64,000 nt of DNA from a virus, in IMG/VR virus record IMGVR_UViG_3300037470_000856, positions 64,001 through 128,000 of that record, one strand, 5' to 3'. Position numbers and translations under genes: made by a program. This document shows, piece by piece, positions 25,951 through 33,841 of this stretch (position 1 is the stretch's first letter; each line of letters opens with the position of its first letter). The notes below the pieces were generated by a model, which ran no database searches, was not told the DNA's origin, and worked only from the letters and a program-made list of their open reading frames with translations.

Positions 25951-26898
25951 CTACGCGGTCAGGCTGTAGCCGTGATCCGCGGCCTCCTTCCCCTTGTCGT
26001 CGGTGCGGTGGCCCGGGACCCACCCCTCGTCCTCGTCGCCCTCCTCCTTCGGTCCCTTGGACTCGTTGCCGGGGACCCGCGACTCCGCCGTGAGGACGTA
26101 GCCGTGCTCGGGGACCGGGACCGACGCCTTCTTGTCGTCCTTCTTGTCGTCCTTCTTGTCGTCCTTCTTGTCGTCCTTCTTGTCGTCCTTCTTGTCGTCC
26201 TTCTTGTCGTCCTTCTTCGCCTTGGCCTCGTCCTTCTTCTTCTGCGCGTTCTCGAGGAACTCGGGCGGCAGGCCGGCGGTGAGGCTGTAGCCGTGCGCGC
26301 TGGCCTCGACGTCGACCTCCTCGACGTCGCCGGGCTCCACGACCTCGACCCCGGACTCCTCAACCTCGGGGGCCGTGGCCTGGGCCGGCTCGTGCTCCTT
26401 CATGCCCTCGCGGATGGCCTTCTCGGCCGCGTCGCAGATCTTCTCGACCGCCTTGGCGCTGGCCTTCGCGGAGATGTCTCCCTCCTTGCCGGCCCTCGAC
26501 TCGCGCATGTCCTTGACGGCCCCCGCGATCCTGCGGAGCGCCTCGATCGCCTCGCTGACGAGGGTCTCGACGTGGTGCTCAAGGGCGCGGCCCATGCAAG
26601 CCCCGACCTCGTTGAGATAGGAGACCCGGTGCGGTCGCTTGAGTGACTCCCGGATCTTCTCCGTCTGCGCGTGCAGGAACCCGTCGAACTCGAGAAGATG
26701 TTCCTTGGCCCCCCCGACGTACTGGACGTGCTCTCGCGCGGAGTCACAAGCATCCTTGAGCCTACCTGCCGCGACCGCCTGGTCCTTGCCGGCGTCCTTG
26801 GCCATCACCTCGGCGACACGGCAAGACCGGGTGAGTTCGTTCTCAAGATCACCCAGCTTGTCGATGTACGCTCGGGTCTGGTGTAGGGAGAGTGCCAT
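25951..26898 (-). CDS. Hypothetical head-region protein with KKDD and HGYxLTA repeats
   Basis: 315 aa; helical N-terminus and low-complexity C-terminus. Confidence 0.75.
   Translation of the reverse strand: MALSLHQTRAYIDKLGDLENELTRSCRVAEVMAKDAGKDQAVAAGRLKDACDSAREHVQYVGGAKEHLLEFDGFLHAQTEKIRESLKRPHRVSYLNEVGACMGRALEHHVETLVSEAIEALRRIAGAVKDMRESRAGKEGDISAKASAKAVEKICDAAEKAIREGMKEHEPAQATAPEVEESGVEVVEPGDVEEVDVEASAHGYSLTAGLPPEFLENAQKKKDEAKAKKDDKKDDKKDDKKDDKKDDKKDDKKDDKKASVPVPEHGYVLTAESRVPGNESKGPKEEGDEDEGWVPGHRTDDKGKEAADHGYSLTA
26128..26217. repeat. Perfect 12-bp tandem repeat (cttcttgtcgtc)x7.5 encoding KKDD
   Basis: Directly visible in the sequence. Confidence 0.95.
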
Positions 26899-26919
26899 TC
26901 GTGCTTCCCAGGGGGGCTA

Positions 26920-27435
26920 CTAGCCGGCGGCGACCGGGACCTTGACGTCGTTGGTGCTCAGGAGTTTGGCCATCTTGGCGATGAGCGCCGAGGCGGCCTT
27001 GGCGTTCGAGAACATGCCGTCCTGCTGGACCTGGCGAAGCTGGTCGAACTCGTCCTGCTTGAAGACGTCCATGTAGGGCTCGTCCTGGTTGCGCAGGAGG
27101 GCGCCGGACTGCTCCTCCCCGATCTCCGCGGGGTTGAACTCGTTCGGCTTCACGTCCTCCATCGTGTAATTCTTCTTCGGGTCCATCTGGGCCCGCTTCG
27201 ACAGGGCGGAGGCGTACCTGGCCAGCTCGGGGTCCTTGAGGGTGCCGTCTTCGGTGCGCTCGACGCCGGCACGCTTCTCGACGTGGTCGGAGAGGATGTC
27301 GCAGCGGAGGGCGAAGTCCTTGGCGATCTTCGCGGAGAGCCTCAAGGTCTCGGTCTCGGACATGAAGAGGGTGGCGAGGCGATCGAGGTCGGCGGTGACC
27401 TGCAGGGCGCCCTGTTTCGTGAGCTGATTCGGCAT
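26920..27435 (-). CDS. Hypothetical head-region protein (first gene of the head operon)
   Basis: 171 aa with AGGAG RBS. Confidence 0.8.
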   Translation of the reverse strand: MPNQLTKQGALQVTADLDRLATLFMSETETLRLSAKIAKDFALRCDILSDHVEKRAGVERTEDGTLKDPELARYASALSKRAQMDPKKNYTMEDVKPNEFNPAEIGEEQSGALLRNQDEPYMDVFKQDEFDQLRQVQQDGMFSNAKAASALIAKMAKLLSTNDVKVPVAAG

Positions 27436-27541
27436 TGAACTTCTCCTGGCGTGTCAGCGAAGAGGTTTGGTTGCTGACGAAAGCGGGCGCGCATAGGACC
27501 CTCAAGATGGAGGGGCAGCCCTTCGTCCTATTTGGGCCGCG

Positions 27542-27557
27542 CTATAAGGCGAAAAAC
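27542..27557 (-). promoter_or_regulatory. Putative phage late promoter (copy 4)
   Basis: Minus strand GTTTTTCGCCTTATAG; 14 nt identical to the copy at 49695. Confidence 0.6.
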
Positions 27558-27726
27558 GGCGACTTCTGCACTTTTTCTGGGAGGCAAACCTCCCCCGAAC
27601 GCGCCCGTCCGACCTCGACCGGAGTTTCTCGGGAGGATCTGACGACTCTCAGGTGCCCAAGGAGGACAAACCGTTCCAGTCAAGGGATCTCTGCATACTC
27701 GGAACCCTTCTAAGGAGCATTCAGGC

Positions 27727-27768
27727 CCCTAGAACCCACGTGGCCGGAGACCGCGTGAGGTTCTAGGG
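27727..27768 (-). terminator. Long hairpin after the 2019-aa gene (possible terminator)
   Basis: ccctagaacc / ggttctaggg perfect 10-bp arms plus inner cacg/cgtg; no clear U-tract. Confidence 0.5.
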
Positions 27769-27781
27769 ATGTTTTCGACCT

Positions 27782-30700
27782 TCAGGCCACGTCGAGCACG
27801 ACGACGGGGCGAAGCGGGTCGTCCGGGTGGAACGACCGGACGTGCGCGAGCCAATCGCCAGCCATACGTCCGTGGCGACCGCGCTCAAGCCACACCTGGG
27901 CAACGCGCTCAACCGCGAAGCGGGTCGGGCCGCGCTCCTCGAAGTCGCCGAACTCGGCGGAGAATTCCTCGCCGGGAGCCTCGCCCCCGCGCGCCGGCTT
28001 CTTCTCGTCCTCGTCGCCACCCTTGTCGGCGTAGCGCTCGGCCTCGTCGCGCTTCTTGAAACTCTTGGGGACGCCGTCCTCGTTCTTGGCGCGCCAGTTC
28101 CCCTGCTCGGTCCCCCAGACGTCGCCGGGGCCGTGCTCCTCGTCGTCCTTGACCTCCTCAGAGTCCGCACTCTCGGGAGTTTCACGATCGGAGGTCTCTG
28201 CCTTCTCATGCTCCTCCCTGGAGCGTGGCTCCTTGGCCTTCTCGTCGGGGTGCGGCAGCGTCTCCTGCTCGAGCACCTCACGCTCGCCGGTCTGCACGAA
28301 GTGGTTGAGCACCGCGGAGGCAGGCGAAATCACCACCTTGTCGAACTTGTCGCGGATCGTGTTGAGGATGGCCTTCGCCTTCTCGCGCAGTCCGGTTCCC
28401 TTCTTGGGATCGAACGTGCCCTCGACCATCTCGAGGTCCTCAGCCGAGGGCTGCTCGCCGTTCCTCTGCGCCTCCGCGATCCGCTCCTGCGCCTCGAGCA
28501 CCTTCTCCATGCGGGGCTTCATCCGGGAGGTCGCCTCGCCGAGCACCTCGGCGCGCGCCTCGGGGTCGTCGGCGTCGGCGATGCCGGCCGCCTGCATGGT
28601 GTCGCGCACGGCCCGGTCTCCCCACTGGTCGTTGAGGATGTCTTGGACCAGGAAGTCCTTCATCATCGCTCGCAGGACGTCGGGCGTGCCGTCGTTCTTC
28701 ATGAGGTCGACGAGGTCCGCGTAGCCATGCTCCTCGTCGCCGCCCGTGGTGAGATCGCCGAGCTGCTCAAAATTCATGTCGTCGAGCCCCTCCTGCATCT
28801 TGCGGCGCGCCTGCTCGGCGAAGTAGTCCTCGGTCGTCCTGAACAGCTCGGACCCCTTCCCGTCCACGACCATCTGCTTGACCAGCGCGGCCATGCCCTT
28901 GCTCGGCTGCGGACGACCTGGGAGCGACTCGCCAGTCACGGCGACCTGCGCGATGTTCATGCCGGTCAAAATCGCGTTGAGCTCCTGCGCCCGGTTGGTC
29001 TCGGGATCGAGACCCTTGAGGGCCCGCGCGACCTGATCGGCCGCGCGCCTGCGCAGGGACGACGGGAGGCGCTCGAACTGCTTGAACGCCGCCTGCGCCC
29101 GCTCCGAGTACTTCTCGGAGTCCATCTCGGTGACGCCGACCGGCGTCCCTCCGATGTTCATCGGGTTGCCCACGATGCGCTCGGCGTAGCTGAGTTGTGC
29201 GAGGCGCTCCGCGAGCTCTTTCGGGTCGGTGAGGCCGTGCAGATCTCCGAACTTGGCGGCTCTCGACGCGACGTCGACGGCCTCCTCGGAGCTTGGGTCC
29301 ATCTGCTTGAGATTCTTGAGCGTGTCCTGGAAATCGATCGAGAAGCTCTCGACCTGCGCCTCGTCGAGGTCGTTGAGGGCGCCGCCGATCTGCGTGGCGA
29401 GGTCGGGGGGAAGCCGCGTTTCCTTGCCGAGCATCTCCTCCATGTTGGTCTGCGCGCGCTCGACGGCGCGCTCGACCTTCTTGGCCCGCTCCTGGCGCAG
29501 CTTCTCCTCGCGCTTCTCCTTGGCGAAGCCCGGGTCCTTGCGCTCGCGCCTGAGCTCGTCGACGCGCGCCTTGGCGTCCGCGTGCTCCTCCTTCTTGTCG
29601 TCGAGCTCGTCCTGCTTGCGCCCCATCTCGCGCTGCATCTTCTGCATCGAGTCGAGTAGCTGCTGCCTGCCGGGGCCCTCTCCCATGTGAGGCAGGTACT
29701 CGTCGCGCTGCTGATTGATCTTGGACTTGAGGTCCTTGATCTCGTCGGTGAGGTCCCCCATCTGGGCCTCGATGTCGCGCATCTCGTCGCGCGCCTGCTC
29801 GAGCTCGACGTGCACGTCCTCGGTGGTGCGCTCCTTGTCCTCCTCGGTCTTCTTCCCCTTGTCGGTGCCCTCCTCCTCGGGCTGCTGCTGGCCCCGCCAC
29901 TTCTCGCGGATCTTGGTCTGCTCGTCAGGGGGCAGCGAGGTGAAGCCGACGTCGTTCCCGGTCTCGGGGTGCTTGAACTTCTGGTTCTTGACCCACTCCT
30001 CGAAACTCAGGCCGCTCTTGGGCTGCACCGGGGCCTCGGCCATGACGTGGCGCAGGGCCACGCGACGCGCGACCTTGTTCCACTTCATGGACAGGTCGGG
30101 GTCTCCCTTGTCGCCGCCGCCCATGCCGTCGAGGTCAGGGTCTTCCTCGTCCAGAGTCCGGTTGTCGCGGAGGTCGTAGCGCGGAGGCTTCTTCTTGGGC
30201 TCCGTGCGGAGCATCTTCTCGACGGCCTCATCCTCCTTCTCCGCGGGCGACTTCGTGGCCGTCTTCGCCTGCGGAGTCCTGATCATCGCGTCCTGAAAGC
30301 GGAAGTCCTTGTTGCGCCCCTTGTTGGGCCCCTTGTTGGGCACGAAGCCCATGCCGCGGTACCACTTCTCGAGGTGCTTCTTCGACGAGCCGAACTCGGA
30401 GGTCGGGGTGAACGTCACGGTCACGCCGTTGCTGTCAACCCAGTCGAGCGTCTCCTCCATTGCTCTCGAGGCGCTGCCCGACCCGCGCCTGTCCTCGTTC
30501 ACCCGGATCAGGTCCACGGACATGTGGCGGTGCTGCGGACGGTAGGCGGCGTGGGAATCTGTGAGGCTGTGCCTCTCGATCATAGACTTGCGCAGAGCGT
30601 CCCACTCCTCGCGGCTCGGGGGCTCGCGCTCGGGCGCGTCCTCGTCGTCGACGCCCATGACCCTGGCCTCCCACTCTTCGCGGGACAGAGCGGGACCTCC

Positions 30701-33700
30701 CTCTCGGCGCTTGCGCTGCACGTAGGCGTCGTAGGTCGGAGCGGCGAGCCTCGCGTTCGGGCGCGGCCGGTACTGCTCCTCGGGCGAATTGTCGACGTGC
30801 CGGCACATGTCGCAGCGTGTCCCGCACCGCCAGTACTCCTCGGAGTCAAAGGGGTAGCCGTCGTCGAGACCGTAGTGGTCGAGCAGCACGTTGAGGCAGC
30901 GCTCGCAGCTCTTCGCGGCGACCATGATGGCGTCGCCGACGTCCCACTGTCCGCTGCGCACCATGGTGTTGACGAGGTCGGTCGGGTACGACGACTCGCC
31001 CGCGCCTACGTCGGTGCTCGTGCCATCCTCGTTCAGACGTAGGATGCTGTGGTGCAAGACGTGGGGGAACTGGCTGTGCATGTACTCGGCGCCCTCGGGG
31101 GGCTGCCACGTCTCGTACTCGCCGAGGTCGCCGCCGCCGAGGCGGTTGCCATGGGCGTCCTCGTACCAGAGGATCGTGAAAATCTGGGGGTCGAACTCAA
31201 GCCCCTCGACGTGAGGGCGCGGACGCTCGTGCTCTCGGGCGATCCGGTAGACGGCCGGCGCGTTGCGGAGCCACCACCGACGGTCTCGGGACACGAGGAC
31301 CGGGGCAACCCCGGCGTGCGCCAAAATGAGGCGCTCGGTGTCGGTGCCGAGGAGCGCCGCCGTGCGCATGATTTTGGGGTCCGACGCCTTCCTCGTGTGG
31401 CTCTCGTTGACGGTGCCGTCCTTCATGTAGCCGTCCTCCAAACCCGGCACGAGGTACTGGCTGCGAAGGGTCGAAGGATCGTGCCCCACGGCCTCCGCCG
31501 TCGCTTCGAGGGCCTTCTTGAACTCGTCCTTGAGTTTCTTCTCGCGCTCCTTTCTGTCCTCGGGGAGTTTGCCCTTACGGACCTTGCGGAGTTGCGCCTT
31601 CATCTCGCGGTTGGCGTGGAACCCACGGAGGTCCTTCGCGGTGATGTCAAGCGGCTCGAGGTACTCGTTGACCTCCTGCGCCGAGACGCTCAGGACGCAG
31701 TCGTTGGGCTTCTTGCCCTTGCACGCCTCCTTGAGCGCCGAGACAACTCGCGGGTTACTGATCTTCTTCTTCTGCTCGACGCCCGACTTGCCGACGTAGG
31801 AGACCGTGACGGAGCCCCGGCCGAGGGTGATGTGCTTGACGCGCCAGGTTGTGACGCCGAAATGGCCCTCCTTGGCGCTGTCGTCGTTCCCGACGCGCTC
31901 AAACGTCTCGTCCATGAGGCCCACGGCCAACGCGAGATCGCGGGTCTTTTCGTCCTTCGACTTCACGTCCTTGCGGACCTTGGTCTGGAGTTTCTTCATC
32001 TGGCGTCGCAGCTTCTCGACGCGCTCCGCCTTCTTGCGGTTGCGGTCGGCCACCTGACGGTCGCTGTACTCGTAGACCGTCATCTCGTCCCCGTCCTTGG
32101 TCTTGACCTTCTTCTTAGACTTGTAGCGGACGGCGATGGCGGAGCACGTCGCCATCTTGCCCAGGTCAGGCTCGCGGGCCTCCATCTTGTCGCGGTAGCG
32201 GAACACGCGGACGGGGATCTTAGGCTCGCGATCATCGGGCAGCAGGTTGCGACGCCGCACCACCTCCGCGTGCTCAGGGACGAGGTACAGGAACAGCGCG
32301 GGGTGCGTGGTGTCGATGGTGAGCTGGCTCGTCGTCCGCATCTTGTCGGTGACGCGAACCGGGTTGAAGGGGCTGTCGGCGTCGTGAATCGCCTTGACGA
32401 GGGCCACCGCGGCGGCCTCGGGGCGTCGCACGTCCTGAAGGCGCTTCTGGGCCTCCCACCGGCGCACGATCGAGCTGACGTAGTCGTCGCCGTGCGTGTA
32501 GCCGGCGTCCGGGTAATTCACACCGTGGTTCGTCCGCGTGTTGACGCGGTCCGAATCGAGCTCAGTGACATGCGCAGGGTGATTCTTGCTGCACTCGATG
32601 CTGAACAGCTTGTTGCCGTCCGCCACAAACGTGTGTCCCCGGATGCCGCCGTTGTCGGTGCGCAGGGATCCCACGGCGTCGTCGATGTTGTCAAACGCGA
32701 GCGCGCGGTAGATCTTGGGGCCGTCCTTGGAGGTCAAGGGCCTCTTGCCCTTGCCCTTCCCCGGCGACTTTTTCTTGCCCTCGGCCTCGTCGCGTACGAC
32801 CATGAGGGTGGTGTTGACGGCCGCGATGCCGTGCTCGTTGACCCCCTCGAGGTAGCCGGTGACCGTGTCGAGGACGACGGCCATCTCGGTGCCGTCCTTC
32901 TCGATGTGCACGATCTCGAGCTTCGCGTCGTAGGCTCGGTCGCGGTTCTTGAGCAGGCACAGGCTGTCGCCGAAACGGCGCCCCGCGATGATGCACGCCT
33001 CCCTCAGCATGGCGGTCTTCTTGACGGACCTTCCCGAGTCGAGCACGACGATCTCGGACGTGTACGGCTTGCCTCGCACCTCGGTCACCGTGACGACCCC
33101 GTCGTAGCCGTCCTTCTGGAGCGCCTTGGTCAGCGCCTGCCCGCGCTTGCGGTACCGTCGCTCGAGCTGCGCCTTCCACGAGTTGTCGTCGTAAATCAGC
33201 CCGTCGGGGTCGGTGTTGACGGCGAGCACGAGAGGGTTGTCGAGTTTCACGGTGCCCGTGACGTATCCGGGCAGCGGGTCGTCGTCGTCGTCGTCGGTAG
33301 TTTTGTGCGTGACGTAGAACCCCGCGGGCTCGATCTTCTGCTGGTACGGGTCCGACCCCTTCGGGGCCCGCGGTGCCTTCTCGGTGTTGCGCAGGAACTC
33401 AAACTCGACCGGCGTGCCCGTCTCGAACTTGCGACCGCGCTCCTCGACGGTGCGGAGGGGCATCTCGTCGGACCTCCGCGAACTACTCCAGCGCTCGTAG
33501 ACCTTCCGCTGTTCGGCGTCCGGCAGCGAGTCGAAGACGACGTCGTTGCCCGTGTCGGGGTTGCGGAAACGCTGCCCCTTCACCAAGTCGAGAAACTCCC
33601 TGGAGTACGCAGCCTGCTTGCGCCGGTCGGCTCGCCAGATCTTGTAGAGACCGATGACGCGGTTCTTCTTGCGGCCCTTGGGGATCGGCTCGATCTCCAC

Positions 33701-33841
33701 GGACGGCACCCCGCGATCGTCGTCGAACAGGCGCACGACCCGGCCGCGCTTGTTCTTGCCGAACAGCACCTCGTCGCCGACCTTGAAGTCGTCCTGCGCT
33801 GCCAGGTGGCGCATGGCCACGCGTGCGACGAGAGCACTCAC
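27782..33841 (-). CDS. Giant multidomain protein: KOW, ART-like, Ntn-hydrolase (C45-like), DNA topoisomerase IB, GNAT, coiled coil
   Basis: Likely start GTG at 33841 (GTGA overlap), 2019 aa. TopoIB motifs RVGN, GKSG, KDLR, GH, QYL. Ntn motifs CIIAG...KNRD...EGVNEHG. GNAT motifs RRGSG...WYRGMGF. ART-like motifs GFY...NPL...GYDGV...EIVV. Confidence 0.85.
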   Translation of the reverse strand: MSALVARVAMRHLAAQDDFKVGDEVLFGKNKRGRVVRLFDDDRGVPSVEIEPIPKGRKKNRVIGLYKIWRADRRKQAAYSREFLDLVKGQRFRNPDTGNDVVFDSLPDAEQRKVYERWSSSRRSDEMPLRTVEERGRKFETGTPVEFEFLRNTEKAPRAPKGSDPYQQKIEPAGFYVTHKTTDDDDDDPLPGYVTGTVKLDNPLVLAVNTDPDGLIYDDNSWKAQLERRYRKRGQALTKALQKDGYDGVVTVTEVRGKPYTSEIVVLDSGRSVKKTAMLREACIIAGRRFGDSLCLLKNRDRAYDAKLEIVHIEKDGTEMAVVLDTVTGYLEGVNEHGIAAVNTTLMVVRDEAEGKKKSPGKGKGKRPLTSKDGPKIYRALAFDNIDDAVGSLRTDNGGIRGHTFVADGNKLFSIECSKNHPAHVTELDSDRVNTRTNHGVNYPDAGYTHGDDYVSSIVRRWEAQKRLQDVRRPEAAAVALVKAIHDADSPFNPVRVTDKMRTTSQLTIDTTHPALFLYLVPEHAEVVRRRNLLPDDREPKIPVRVFRYRDKMEAREPDLGKMATCSAIAVRYKSKKKVKTKDGDEMTVYEYSDRQVADRNRKKAERVEKLRRQMKKLQTKVRKDVKSKDEKTRDLALAVGLMDETFERVGNDDSAKEGHFGVTTWRVKHITLGRGSVTVSYVGKSGVEQKKKISNPRVVSALKEACKGKKPNDCVLSVSAQEVNEYLEPLDITAKDLRGFHANREMKAQLRKVRKGKLPEDRKEREKKLKDEFKKALEATAEAVGHDPSTLRSQYLVPGLEDGYMKDGTVNESHTRKASDPKIMRTAALLGTDTERLILAHAGVAPVLVSRDRRWWLRNAPAVYRIAREHERPRPHVEGLEFDPQIFTILWYEDAHGNRLGGGDLGEYETWQPPEGAEYMHSQFPHVLHHSILRLNEDGTSTDVGAGESSYPTDLVNTMVRSGQWDVGDAIMVAAKSCERCLNVLLDHYGLDDGYPFDSEEYWRCGTRCDMCRHVDNSPEEQYRPRPNARLAAPTYDAYVQRKRREGGPALSREEWEARVMGVDDEDAPEREPPSREEWDALRKSMIERHSLTDSHAAYRPQHRHMSVDLIRVNEDRRGSGSASRAMEETLDWVDSNGVTVTFTPTSEFGSSKKHLEKWYRGMGFVPNKGPNKGRNKDFRFQDAMIRTPQAKTATKSPAEKEDEAVEKMLRTEPKKKPPRYDLRDNRTLDEEDPDLDGMGGGDKGDPDLSMKWNKVARRVALRHVMAEAPVQPKSGLSFEEWVKNQKFKHPETGNDVGFTSLPPDEQTKIREKWRGQQQPEEEGTDKGKKTEEDKERTTEDVHVELEQARDEMRDIEAQMGDLTDEIKDLKSKINQQRDEYLPHMGEGPGRQQLLDSMQKMQREMGRKQDELDDKKEEHADAKARVDELRRERKDPGFAKEKREEKLRQERAKKVERAVERAQTNMEEMLGKETRLPPDLATQIGGALNDLDEAQVESFSIDFQDTLKNLKQMDPSSEEAVDVASRAAKFGDLHGLTDPKELAERLAQLSYAERIVGNPMNIGGTPVGVTEMDSEKYSERAQAAFKQFERLPSSLRRRAADQVARALKGLDPETNRAQELNAILTGMNIAQVAVTGESLPGRPQPSKGMAALVKQMVVDGKGSELFRTTEDYFAEQARRKMQEGLDDMNFEQLGDLTTGGDEEHGYADLVDLMKNDGTPDVLRAMMKDFLVQDILNDQWGDRAVRDTMQAAGIADADDPEARAEVLGEATSRMKPRMEKVLEAQERIAEAQRNGEQPSAEDLEMVEGTFDPKKGTGLREKAKAILNTIRDKFDKVVISPASAVLNHFVQTGEREVLEQETLPHPDEKAKEPRSREEHEKAETSDRETPESADSEEVKDDEEHGPGDVWGTEQGNWRAKNEDGVPKSFKKRDEAERYADKGGDEDEKKPARGGEAPGEEFSAEFGDFEERGPTRFAVERVAQVWLERGRHGRMAGDWLAHVRSFHPDDPLRPVVVLDVA

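Noticed and set aside
26128-26217. Tandem repeat as a possible CRISPR array
   Set aside because: 12-bp units without spacers, in frame within a CDS. No cas operon is present; the Cas4-like nuclease is a typical phage recombination gene.
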